NCBI GenBank assembly: GCA_965202665.1
Contig: OZ241841.1
Span: 1,952,001 to 2,016,000 of the forward strand
From: Candidatus Spongiisociaceae bacterium
GTDB lineage: Bacteria > Actinomycetota > Acidimicrobiia > Spongiisociales > Spongiisociaceae
Reading direction: 5' to 3'
DNA length: 64,000 nt
Positions within the stretch are counted from its first letter, which is position 1. Each line of letters opens with the position of its first letter. This document shows positions 9,394 to 18,625 of this stretch, one piece after another. The position numbers and the translations under genes are program-made. The notes under the pieces are model-generated. The model was not told the origin of the DNA, ran no database searches, and saw nothing but the letters and a program-made list of their open reading frames with translations.

Positions 9394-10431
9394 ATGAGAG
9401 GCGGATTGCGCGGATTGGCCTTGCTGGCGGCGGCTGTTTTGGGAGCGGCGGCTTGCGGGGGCGGGGATGGTCCGGTGTACGAAGAAAACGTCCCGGTCAC
9501 CGCCGAAAGCGAGACCGTGATCTTGGCCACCACCTCCATCTTGGGCGACATCGTCCGCAACGTGGCGGGGGAGCGGGCGCGGGTGGATGTGCTGATGCCG
9601 TCCGGAATTGACCCCCATGAATTTGAACCCTCCATCGAGCAGGTGAACTCCCTGTACAGGGTGAACCTGGTGGTGTCTAATGGGATGAGATTAGAAGAGG
9701 GGATGACGGAAGTGTTGGACATTGCGATGAGTGAAGGGGTGAACCTGTTTGAGTTGGGAACGACGGCGGTCGGCGCAGGCGGGCTGACAGGGGAAGATCT
9801 CGAAGAAGGGGAGCACGAGGAACACGAGGGTGAGGCAGGTCATGATGAGGGTGAGCACGATCATGAGGGTGAGGCGGGTCAGGCCCATGCGCATGATCAT
9901 GGGGGAGTGGACCCGCATTTTTGGCTGGATCCCATCTTGGTAGCGGAGGGGGCGTTGGCCTTGGGGGAGAGGTTGACGCCCTTTGACGGGTCGGAGGAAT
10001 GGCGGGCGCAGGCGCAGGCCTACGCCGATCAAATGACCGCCCTGGATGCGGAAATCAGAGAAATATTGGCGGTCGTCCCCCCCTCGCAACGCAAACTGAT
10101 CACCAACCACGACGCCTTCGGCTACTTCGCGCAGCGTTACGGGTTCCAAGTGCTGGCTACGGTCATTCCTTCCACCAGCTCTTTGGCCGAACCGAGTTCG
10201 GCTCATTTGGCGGAGTTGGTGGAGATGATCGTCGAACAGGGCGTGCCGGCCATCTTCGTGGAAAACGACGCGGCGGAGGGTGTGGCGGAAGCGGTGGCCG
10301 CCGAGGTAGGAGCCGAAGTGCAGGTGGTGGAGTTGTACGCCCCATGGTTGGGCGAACCCGGTTCCGGGGCGGACACTTTGGCGGGAATGTTGCGGGTCAA
10401 CGCGCAAAGAATCGCGGAGGCCCTCGCATAG
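9394..10431 (+). CDS. Zinc ABC transporter substrate-binding lipoprotein (AztC/ZnuA-like) with His/Glu-rich loop
   Basis: Lipobox AAAC; DPHEFEP, DPHFWLDP, NHDAFGYF; HEEHEGEAGHDEGEHDH loop. Confidence 0.92.
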   Translation: MRGGLRGLALLAAAVLGAAACGGGDGPVYEENVPVTAESETVILATTSILGDIVRNVAGERARVDVLMPSGIDPHEFEPSIEQVNSLYRVNLVVSNGMRLEEGMTEVLDIAMSEGVNLFELGTTAVGAGGLTGEDLEEGEHEEHEGEAGHDEGEHDHEGEAGQAHAHDHGGVDPHFWLDPILVAEGALALGERLTPFDGSEEWRAQAQAYADQMTALDAEIREILAVVPPSQRKLITNHDAFGYFAQRYGFQVLATVIPSTSSLAEPSSAHLAELVEMIVEQGVPAIFVENDAAEGVAEAVAAEVGAEVQVVELYAPWLGEPGSGADTLAGMLRVNAQRIAEALA

Positions 10432-10495
10432 TCCCCGCTAGAGACGCGCCCGCCGCGGCTGTCTGGTCGGCGGGCGCTGTCGCCGGGGATGGCTG

Positions 10496-11320
10496 ATGGA
10501 GTGGCTTACCGAACCCTTTGCGTACGGGTTTCAACAACGGGCGTTGCTGGGGGGAATTTTGGCGGCCGTCCTCAGTTCGTTGGTGGGGACCTGGGTGGTA
10601 ATTCGGGGGATGGCTTTTCTGGGCGATGCCTTGGTGCACGGGGTGATTCCGGGAATCGCCTTGGCCGTTCTGTTGGACTGGAACGTTTTACTGGGGGCGT
10701 CGTTGGCGGCCTTGGTGATGATCGGGGGGATAAACCTGGTCCACCGCCAGACCGTTTTCTCCGAAGACACCGGGATCGGCCTGCTGTTCGCCGGGATGCT
10801 GGGGTTGGGGGTGATACTCATCTCCCGCACCCCCTCCTATTCGTCGCAGCTGGCCGATGTGCTGTTCGGGAATGTGCTGGGCGTCACCGGGGGCGACATA
10901 GCCGCCTTGGCCGCGGTGCTGGCGACGGTGACCGTCGCCTCGGGGCTGTTCTACCGGGCGTTTCTGGTCCTGGCCTTCAACGAGCGGCAGGCCCGTTTAC
11001 TGGGAATGCGGCCGGCGTTGGCCAACGCGGTGTTGCTGGGGATGATTACCCTGTCCATAGTGGGGGCTTTCCGGACGGTGGGGACTTTGCTGGTTTTCGG
11101 GTTGTTCGTCGGCCCGCCCGCCACCGCCGCCCTCTTGGTGAGAAGGGTGCCGGCCATGATGGCGACGGGTGCCCTGATCGGGGTGGTGAGCGTGACTGTG
11201 GGCCTCATTATCAGCTACCACGCCGGCACTGCCGGTTCCGCCACCATGGCCGTGGTTCCGGTGTTGCTGTTTTTCATAACCTTGACGGTAGTCAACCTGC
11301 GGGCGCAACGCACCCATTGA
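10496..11320 (+). CDS. Zinc ABC transporter permease (AztB-like)
   Basis: RGMAFLGDALVHGVIPGIA, SEDTGIG, GPPATA. Confidence 0.92.
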   Translation: MEWLTEPFAYGFQQRALLGGILAAVLSSLVGTWVVIRGMAFLGDALVHGVIPGIALAVLLDWNVLLGASLAALVMIGGINLVHRQTVFSEDTGIGLLFAGMLGLGVILISRTPSYSSQLADVLFGNVLGVTGGDIAALAAVLATVTVASGLFYRAFLVLAFNERQARLLGMRPALANAVLLGMITLSIVGAFRTVGTLLVFGLFVGPPATAALLVRRVPAMMATGALIGVVSVTVGLIISYHAGTAGSATMAVVPVLLFFITLTVVNLRAQRTH

Positions 11321-11351
11321 AAGGGGAATTGCGCCCGGCCCGCGGAGGAGG

Positions 11352-13631
11352 TCAGGCGGGGTGCAGGGCGGCGTTCAGCAGTCGGACCGCCCCCTTTTTG
11401 GAAAGGGGTTCGTTCCAGTTGCCGCATTTGGGCGACTGCACGCAGGAGGGGCAGCCGGAGGCGCACGGACATCGGCGCAGGGCGGACAGGGCGGCTTCCA
11501 TCAGATCCAAGCGCACCCGGTAGGCCGCCGGGGCTATGCCCGCCCCGCCCGGATAGCCGTCGTAGATGAAAATGGAGCTGCGGTTGGTGTCCGGATGCAA
11601 GGGGGTGGACAGGCCGCCGATGTCGGAGCGGTCGCAGATGGCGAACAGGGGCATCATGGCGATCAGGGTATGTTCGGCGGCGTGCAACGCTCCGGGCAGA
11701 ACCTGGTGAACGCCCGCCCGCTCAATCAAACGGTGGGGGAAGGTGAACCAGAAAGCCTGGGTTTCCAACCGGTTCTCCGGCAGATCCAAGGGAACGTACT
11801 CCGTCCGCGGGCCCCGTTTCCGTTTCGGATATTGGCGCCGAAACCCTTTCACCTGGCTGCTGACCACCACTTTCCCCAGGTGAAATCCCATCTCCCCCGG
11901 CCCGGCGGGGGCGGACTCTTCCGTCACGTCCAGGTAATCGTCCACCTTCGGTTCGGTGTGAAAATCCACCGTCGCCCGCCGAACTCCGATTTCCCCTTTC
12001 TCCAAGTCCAGTTTCTCCACTAGGTAGTCATCCCCCTGGTGCAGGTAAATCGCCCCTTGGTGGGCGTCCCGGAAGGCCCGTTCCCGTTCCATGTTTCCCA
12101 TCGGCCGGGAAGACTCCAGGTCGTAAATGGTGAAAATCCGGTCCCCGGCGGTGCGCAGGCTCATCAAATGGGCGGGGGATTTTCCGTTCACCCAGTGGAT
12201 GCGGTTTTCGGTTTGCCGCAGTTTCCCCTCCCCGACCAGGCTCCGCACCGACTCCTCCAACCCTTCCCCCAGGTATCGGCGGTCGGACAGGCGCAGGGGC
12301 AGTTCGTAGGCGGCGCACCCGGCGTGGGCGTTGAGGACCGTGGGATTTTCAGGATTGACCACCGCCGCCTCCGGGGGGCGGGTGAACAGTTCCTGCGGAT
12401 GATGCATGAAATACTGGTCCAAGGCGTCGTTTCCGCCCACCAGGGTTACCAGGGACGCCCCCCGGTTGCGGCCCGCCCGTCCCGCCTGCTGGCGAAAAGA
12501 GGAGAGCGTTCCGGGAAACGAGCTGATCAGGGCCGCGTCCAGCCCGCCCACGTCGATGCCCAGCTCCAAAGCGTTGGTGGTGGTGATCCCCAGCAGGTTC
12601 CCGGAGAACAGGTTTTCCTCGATGCGGCGCCGGTCGGCCGCCGTGTAACCGGCCCGGTAGGAGGCGATGCGGCGGCCCAGGGGGCCCAGGCGGCGGGAAG
12701 CCCAGCGAAAGACCAGTTCCGCCCCTTTGCGACTGCGGGCGAAGGCGATGGTGTTCACCCGCCGTCCCACCAAATCCACCAGCAAGTCGGTGGTTTCGGC
12801 CTGCGCCGAGCGGCGCTCCCCCGACTCCGGATCCTCCAAAGGCGGATTCCACAGGGCGAAAACCCGCTCTCCGGAGGGGGAGTCGTCCTCCTGCAGGGCC
12901 GCCACATCCAGGCCGGACAGCCGGCGGGCCAACTCCTGCGGGTTGCCGATGGTGGCCGACGTGAAAACAAAAGTGGGGGAGGCCCGGTAATGGTCGGCCA
13001 GGCGGCGCAAGCGGCGCAGGACCAGGGCGGTGTGGCTGCCGAACATTCCCTTCAGATAATGCATTTCGTCCACTACCACGTAGGAGAGCCGGGATAGGAA
13101 CCGGCTCCATTTCCGATGGTGGGGGAGGATGCTGTAGTGGAGCATGTCGGGGTTGGTCAGAACCGCGTTGGCCCGGTTGCGCACCCGGGGGCGGTCGGGG
13201 GGAGGGAGATCCCCGTCGTAAGTGGCGACTACCAGGCCGGGAACGTCCCATTCCCGCAACGACCGGGCCTGATCCTGGGCCAGGGCCTTGGTAGGGAAAA
13301 TAAGCAGGGCGGTGCGGGACGGGTCTTCCAAGATCGCTTCGGCGATGGGCAGTTGATAGCACAAACTTTTGCCGGAGGCGGTGCCCGCCGCCACCGCCAG
13401 ATGCCCGCCGCGGCGGATGAGGTTGACGGCTTTGGCCTGATGACGGTAGAGGCGCTCCACGCCGCGGGCGGCCAGCCGTTCCTCCAACTCCCCGGGGAGG
13501 GCGGGGCTCAGCTGGCCGAAGCGGGCCCGGCGGCCCTCCTCCACCCGGTGATAGACCAGTTCGCCCCCCAGTTCCGGGTTGTCGCGCCAGTCCCGGAGGA
13601 CGGCTTGGAAGTCGGTGCGGGGGGAATCCAT
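11352..13631 (-). CDS. DEAD/DEAH-box helicase with DUF1998 (SftH/Hrq1/MrfA family)
   Basis: GTASGKS, PTKALAQDQ, DEMH, ALELGIDVG, QQAGRAGR; C-terminal CPC..GCPSC. Confidence 0.92.
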   Translation of the reverse strand: MDSPRTDFQAVLRDWRDNPELGGELVYHRVEEGRRARFGQLSPALPGELEERLAARGVERLYRHQAKAVNLIRRGGHLAVAAGTASGKSLCYQLPIAEAILEDPSRTALLIFPTKALAQDQARSLREWDVPGLVVATYDGDLPPPDRPRVRNRANAVLTNPDMLHYSILPHHRKWSRFLSRLSYVVVDEMHYLKGMFGSHTALVLRRLRRLADHYRASPTFVFTSATIGNPQELARRLSGLDVAALQEDDSPSGERVFALWNPPLEDPESGERRSAQAETTDLLVDLVGRRVNTIAFARSRKGAELVFRWASRRLGPLGRRIASYRAGYTAADRRRIEENLFSGNLLGITTTNALELGIDVGGLDAALISSFPGTLSSFRQQAGRAGRNRGASLVTLVGGNDALDQYFMHHPQELFTRPPEAAVVNPENPTVLNAHAGCAAYELPLRLSDRRYLGEGLEESVRSLVGEGKLRQTENRIHWVNGKSPAHLMSLRTAGDRIFTIYDLESSRPMGNMERERAFRDAHQGAIYLHQGDDYLVEKLDLEKGEIGVRRATVDFHTEPKVDDYLDVTEESAPAGPGEMGFHLGKVVVSSQVKGFRRQYPKRKRGPRTEYVPLDLPENRLETQAFWFTFPHRLIERAGVHQVLPGALHAAEHTLIAMMPLFAICDRSDIGGLSTPLHPDTNRSSIFIYDGYPGGAGIAPAAYRVRLDLMEAALSALRRCPCASGCPSCVQSPKCGNWNEPLSKKGAVRLLNAALHPA

Positions 13632-13712
13632 TTTCCCATTATCGACTGCGGGCGGGACATTTTCCGGCAAAGGCGGCGGCGGGGGGTTGCGGCGCCCCTA
13701 TTCTGGGGGGCG

Positions 13713-13997
13713 ATGCCCGCCAGTCGGGAGGCGGTGACGGTCTTGCCCACCGCCGCCCTCAGCCTCACCTTCCTTAACTTCGCAGCCACCGGCCGTCCCT
13801 CCTGGCTGATCACCCCTGCTGGACCGGGTCGGCTGGGACGCGGCGGCGGAATGGTTGCGGCCGCCATTGCGGGCTGGACGGTTCTGGGGTATATGTCCCT
13901 GCGCTCCCGTACCGTGTGGCGGGGGGCGGGTTTGCGCATCGCGGTGGCCATGATCATGGATCTTTCGGCGCCGGCCCGGGGGGGAGTGTTGCGGTGA
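13713..13997 (+). pseudogene. Possible decayed fragment of a CPBP/Abi-family membrane protease
   Basis: LGYMSLRSRTVWRGAGLRIAVAMIMD resembles the CPBP C-terminal helix but lacks the catalytic His; GTGA overlap with the next gene. Confidence 0.3.
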
Positions 13998-14707
13998 AGA
14001 CGGCCCGGCGGGCGGGGGAAGGGTTGGCGGCGGCCGGGGCCGGGGCGGCGCTGGCCTGGCTGTTCCTGTCCGGGGTGGGGCCGCTCCCCCCCGGGGCGGG
14101 GGCGGCCGGGGCGGCGGTCGCCGGGCTGAACGGGGCGCTTTCCGGGGCGGCCGGAATTTACGACTGGCGGAGGTTGCGGGGGTGGGCCGGGTTCGCAGCC
14201 GATTCCACCTGGGGCCTGCTGGGGACCGTCTTGGGCCTGGCCTTGCATGGGGCCGGCCTTATCGCCTCCCGCCCCGGATGGACGGCGGACCTCAGCCGGC
14301 GCCGCAACCGGCACGTCTACGAGCGGGGGTGGACGGTACGGCGGGGGTTCGCCCTGTCGTTGGGGAACGTGGTGACGGGCGGGGGCGGGTCGGCGGGGCT
14401 GTCCGGGGAAACGGAGGCGTCGCTCCGCCGCCGGAAACTGGTGGAAGTACACGAGCAGACGCATATTTTTCAGAGCAGGGTGTTCGGTCCCCTGTACACG
14501 CTCGGCTACGGGTTGTGGATGGCGGTGGGGGCCTTGGCTGGTTTGGCGACGGCCCTGGTAACGGACCGGGGCCGGATTTGGTCGGTGGTGGAAACCTTCG
14601 CCTACTACGACAATCCTTTTGAATACTGGGCCTACCGCAAAGACCGGTATTGGCCTCCGCGCGGCGCCCATCCCCGCTTCGTCTGGCCTCCCCGCCCTAA
14701 AAATTAA
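13994..14707 (+). CDS. Hypothetical membrane protein with HExxH motif
   Basis: Hydrophobic Gly-rich helices; VHEQTHIFQSRVFGPLY and NPFEYWAY. Confidence 0.7.
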   Translation: MKTARRAGEGLAAAGAGAALAWLFLSGVGPLPPGAGAAGAAVAGLNGALSGAAGIYDWRRLRGWAGFAADSTWGLLGTVLGLALHGAGLIASRPGWTADLSRRRNRHVYERGWTVRRGFALSLGNVVTGGGGSAGLSGETEASLRRRKLVEVHEQTHIFQSRVFGPLYTLGYGLWMAVGALAGLATALVTDRGRIWSVVETFAYYDNPFEYWAYRKDRYWPPRGAHPRFVWPPRPKN

Positions 14708-14754
14708 TTTAGGGGTAACGTCATCGGGCGGGTTTGGCCTGTTATAATGCCGAC

Positions 14755-15972
14755 ATGCGACGCATTATTACTCTCATATCAGCGCTGGCGGTCGGAATGG
14801 CCTTATTCGCCGGGGGGGCCTACGCCCAAACCTCGGACATGGGGTTTTCCGATGTCCCCGACGATCATCCGCGTAAGGCGGACATCGATTACGCGGTGGA
14901 ACGGGGATGGTTCCAAGGATACGACGACGGAACCTTCAAACCGGATCAGACGGTCGCCGCCGCCGAAATAACCACCTTGGCGAGCCGGGTGTTCGGCGCC
15001 GTCTCCGAAGCGGGGGTGAGCCGGCTGGATACGGCTTTGTTCCTGCAACACGGCAACCAAGCTTTGACCGCTCCGCTCCCCGCCTCCGTCACCGCCCCCG
15101 TCTTCAGCGATTGGCCGCCCGCCGACGACGAGGGGCATGAAGAGGCGAACGCATCGGTCGGCTACGTCGCCGCCCGTGGCTGGTTCCAGGGTTATCCCGA
15201 CGGGACTTTCCGTCCCGAACGCACCATCACCTCCCGCCAAGTGGCGGCCGTGATAGGCCGGGCTTTCCCGGAGGGGATCAGCCGGGCCGAGTTGGCCGCT
15301 TTTCTCCGGCACGGCAACCGGGCGGTCATCGCCCACGAGGCTTCCAACGCTTGGGATGAGGTTGGAGACCGGGCCCTAGTGGCCCAAGATGGTTGGAAAA
15401 CGGTGTGTGAAGATGTTGAGAGCAGGCAGGACTTCTCAACCTACCTGCAAGACATTATGAAGGCGATTGGGGCTGAAATTGCGGCGGAGGACGCGGTGGT
15501 CGCCGGATGGCGGGCGGACATCGCCTTCTGGGAAACCATCGCCGATCGCGACGAGGCTGAGGAAAAGGCTTTGTCCACCGCCCGCGCCGCCGCCATGGCT
15601 TGGTCCGCCGCGGCGGACGCCGAGCGGGCGGTTCTGGCCTCCTGGCAAGGCGACCTGACAACGGAAGAAGGACGCCAGGCCTCCTCCGACGCCACATGGG
15701 CCTCCCGGAGGGCTGAAACAGCGGCTTGGGACTCGGCCCAGGAGGCCGTCAAAGCGGCGGCGGATGCCGAATCCAGGGCCGAAGCGGCGGTGGCGTCTGC
15801 TTGGTCCGAAGCGTCCGACAAGGCGGCCGCCGTCGTCGCCACCTGGAAGTCCTTTCCGCCGTTAACCACCCTGGTCGCCGCCTGCGGAGACTGGCTCGAC
15901 GCGTGGGAGGAATGGGAGGAATGGGCTTCGGCGATGTCGGTGGCCAACGACGCCTTGGCCGCGGTTGCCTGA
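14755..15972 (+). CDS. Secreted SLH-domain protein with Ala/Trp-rich helical C-terminus (paralog 1)
   Basis: Signal peptide AYA|Q; two SLH motifs (GWFQGYDDGTFKPD, GWFQGYPDGTFRPE); TATAAT 6 nt before the ATG. Confidence 0.85.
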   Translation: MRRIITLISALAVGMALFAGGAYAQTSDMGFSDVPDDHPRKADIDYAVERGWFQGYDDGTFKPDQTVAAAEITTLASRVFGAVSEAGVSRLDTALFLQHGNQALTAPLPASVTAPVFSDWPPADDEGHEEANASVGYVAARGWFQGYPDGTFRPERTITSRQVAAVIGRAFPEGISRAELAAFLRHGNRAVIAHEASNAWDEVGDRALVAQDGWKTVCEDVESRQDFSTYLQDIMKAIGAEIAAEDAVVAGWRADIAFWETIADRDEAEEKALSTARAAAMAWSAAADAERAVLASWQGDLTTEEGRQASSDATWASRRAETAAWDSAQEAVKAAADAESRAEAAVASAWSEASDKAAAVVATWKSFPPLTTLVAACGDWLDAWEEWEEWASAMSVANDALAAVA

Positions 15973-16047
15973 CGCCGGCTTGGGGATCGGGGCGGCGGGC
16001 GGGCGCAATTGCCGACCCATCGCCGTCAAGTCGTATAAGATAGGGGC

Positions 16048-17283
16048 ATGAGGCGCGCGATTGCCCTTGTCATTGCGGTCGGACTGGCGGCGGGGGGGGC
16101 CGTTGCGTCCGCGCAAACCCCGGGGGGGTTTCCCGATGTTCCCGATGACCATCCGCGCAAGGCGGACATTGACTATGCGGTGGCCCGGGGATGGTTCCAA
16201 GGTTACGGCAACGGAACGTTCCAACCCGATCGGATCATCACCCCCTCGCAAATAGCCATCGTGGTAAGCCGGGTGTTCGCCCAGATATCCGAGGAGGGGG
16301 TCAGCCGGTTGGATATGGCTTTGTTTATGCGATACGGCAACCGAGTTTTGGACAACCCGGCGCCCCCTCTCTTTACGGCGCCCGACTTCACCGACTGGCC
16401 GCCTGAGGAAGAAGACCGCGTTAATGAGGAGGTGGCCGAATCGGTGGCTTACGGCGCCATCCGGGGATGGTTCAAAGGTTATCCCGACGGCACTTTCCGT
16501 TCGGAAGAGACAATTACCGCCGGACAAATGGCCAAGGTCATAACCCGGGCTTTCCCAAGAGGGATCAGCCGGGCGGAGATGGCCGACTTTATTCGGCATG
16601 GCAACGGGGCGGTGGTTTCCCATGAGGCTTCCCGCGCCTGGGACCGGGTGGAGGCGGCTTATGTGACCACTCAAGTCGCCTGGCGCGACGCTTGCGACGC
16701 GTGGATCAGCTATCGGCCGGTCGTTGAGTTGGCGGAGTTGGCTTGGGACGCGGAGACGGCGGCTTTCACCGCCACCGCCGTCGCCTGGCGGGCGGATGTC
16801 GACTTCTGGGAAACGGTGGACAACCGTCGTCGAATCGAAAACGAAGCCCTGAGTTCCGCCATGGCCGCGGCTGATGCCTGGGATGCGGCGGCGGCCGCCA
16901 AAAAACCTTGGGAGGAGACCGGGTACGAGGGATTCGACTCTCTGCGCCAAGTTTTGGACGACGCCTTGGCCGTGTCCACGCCCGACCGGAAAGCGGAAAG
17001 GGTGGCTTGGGACACTTCCCAAGCCGCCGTGCGCGCCACCGATTTGGCCGAGCAGGACCGCGCCTCCCTCCTTTTGACCGAAGCCGAACAAGCCGCGGCC
17101 CGGGCCTGGGACGGCGCGGTGGAGGCGGTGAACGATGCGGTGGCGGTCTGGGATGATTTCGCGGTGGTGAGCGAGCGCCTCCCCAGGGAAACCTGCGAGG
17201 ACTGGGATAACGCGTGGAACATCTGGGAGGATTGGGCGGCGGCCATGGCGGTGGCCAACGACGCCCTGGTGGTCGGAGCCTGA
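16048..17283 (+). CDS. Secreted SLH-domain protein with Ala/Trp-rich helical C-terminus (paralog 2)
   Basis: Same architecture; shares DVPDDHPRKADIDYAV and C-terminal VANDAL with paralog 1. Confidence 0.85.
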   Translation: MRRAIALVIAVGLAAGGAVASAQTPGGFPDVPDDHPRKADIDYAVARGWFQGYGNGTFQPDRIITPSQIAIVVSRVFAQISEEGVSRLDMALFMRYGNRVLDNPAPPLFTAPDFTDWPPEEEDRVNEEVAESVAYGAIRGWFKGYPDGTFRSEETITAGQMAKVITRAFPRGISRAEMADFIRHGNGAVVSHEASRAWDRVEAAYVTTQVAWRDACDAWISYRPVVELAELAWDAETAAFTATAVAWRADVDFWETVDNRRRIENEALSSAMAAADAWDAAAAAKKPWEETGYEGFDSLRQVLDDALAVSTPDRKAERVAWDTSQAAVRATDLAEQDRASLLLTEAEQAAARAWDGAVEAVNDAVAVWDDFAVVSERLPRETCEDWDNAWNIWEDWAAAMAVANDALVVGA

Positions 17284-17323
17284 ACCGCTCTTTCCGGTAA
17301 CGGCGGGGGCTAAAGTTGGCCGG

Positions 17324-18541
17324 ATGGGAATGTTGCAAACCTTGCGCTCGGTGGCGCGGTTTCGCTCGCGGGAGCGGGACCCGGATTTGCGGCGCATACG
17401 GTCGGCGGCCAACTTGGACGACCTGCGGGCAATCGCCCGGCGGCGGTTGCCGGGCGGGGTGTTCGACTATGTGGACGGGGGGGCGGAGGACGAAGCAACC
17501 TACCGCCGCAATCAAACCGACTTGGGCGACTGGGAGTTCGTCCCCTCCGTGTTGCGGGACGTGTCCTCCATCGACACCTCCGCCGTTCTGCTGGGCGCCC
17601 CCCTTCCCCTGCCGTTGGTGTTGGCCCCCACCGGTTTCACCCGCATCGTGGATCCGCCGGGGGAGTTGGCGGTGGCCCGGGTTGCGGCCCGTAAAAACAT
17701 CCCCTATTCCCTGTCTACGCTCAGCACCCGTTCCATAGAAGAAGTGGCGGAGGTTTCCGGGGGACGAAAGTGGTTTCAGGTGTACGTGTGGAAAGACCGG
17801 GGGTTGGTGAAGAACATGATTGAACGGGCCGGGGAGAACGGGTACGAGGCGTTGTGCATTACCGCCGACTTGGCCGTGCCCGGCCGCCGGGAGCGGGATG
17901 TGCGCCGGGGTTTCTCCTTGCCTCCCAAACTGGGATGGGAAATGGTTTTGGAAGGGATGGCGCGTCCCTCTTGGACCTGGCGTTTTCTCCGTTCGGATCC
18001 GATCAGTTTCTCCAACGTGGTCGGGTTGAGCGAGCATGACGGGAGCACCGCCGTGGAACTGGCGGAGCTGGTCAAGGATCAGTTCGACCCTTCCCTGTCC
18101 TGGGGGGACATTGAATGGTTCCGGGCCATCTGGCCCGGCCCGATGATCATCAAAGGCATCCAGTCGGCGGCCGACGCCCGGCTGGCGGCGGAGCACGGGG
18201 TGGAAGCCATCGCCGTCTCCAACCACGGAGGGCGGCAACTGGACTACGCCCCCACTCCGGCCAACCTGATGGAACCGATCGCGGAGGCGGTGGGCGACTC
18301 CTTGGAGATCATTTTCGACGGCGGGGTGCGCCGCGGGTCGGACATCATCAAAGCCCTGGCCCTGGGGGCGAGGGCGGTGATGGTGGGACGGCCCTACCTG
18401 TACGGGTTGGGGGCGGCGGGGGAGAAAGGGGTAGAGTGGGTGATCGACTTCTTCGCCGAGGGGATGGCCCGTTCCATGGCCTTGGCCGGCGTGCGCTCGG
18501 TGGCGGAGGTGGATCGGGGGTTGCTGAACAGGCGTTCCTGA
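17324..18541 (+). CDS. lldD: FMN-dependent alpha-hydroxy acid dehydrogenase (L-lactate dehydrogenase-like)
   Basis: FDYVDGGAEDE, SNHGGRQLD, DGGVRRGSD, GRPYLYGL. Confidence 0.9.
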   Translation: MGMLQTLRSVARFRSRERDPDLRRIRSAANLDDLRAIARRRLPGGVFDYVDGGAEDEATYRRNQTDLGDWEFVPSVLRDVSSIDTSAVLLGAPLPLPLVLAPTGFTRIVDPPGELAVARVAARKNIPYSLSTLSTRSIEEVAEVSGGRKWFQVYVWKDRGLVKNMIERAGENGYEALCITADLAVPGRRERDVRRGFSLPPKLGWEMVLEGMARPSWTWRFLRSDPISFSNVVGLSEHDGSTAVELAELVKDQFDPSLSWGDIEWFRAIWPGPMIIKGIQSAADARLAAEHGVEAIAVSNHGGRQLDYAPTPANLMEPIAEAVGDSLEIIFDGGVRRGSDIIKALALGARAVMVGRPYLYGLGAAGEKGVEWVIDFFAEGMARSMALAGVRSVAEVDRGLLNRRS

Positions 18542-18625
18542 CTCCGGGGCCGGGCGGGCAAGACCTCCGCCCGGCGCGCAGTCGGCATATAATCCAATCG
18601 TTCCGAACAGGGAGAATCCCAACCT

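Noticed and set aside
9810-9900. Short tandem repeats GAGGGTGAG/CATGA
   Set aside because: They encode the His/Glu-rich loop normal for zinc-binding proteins.
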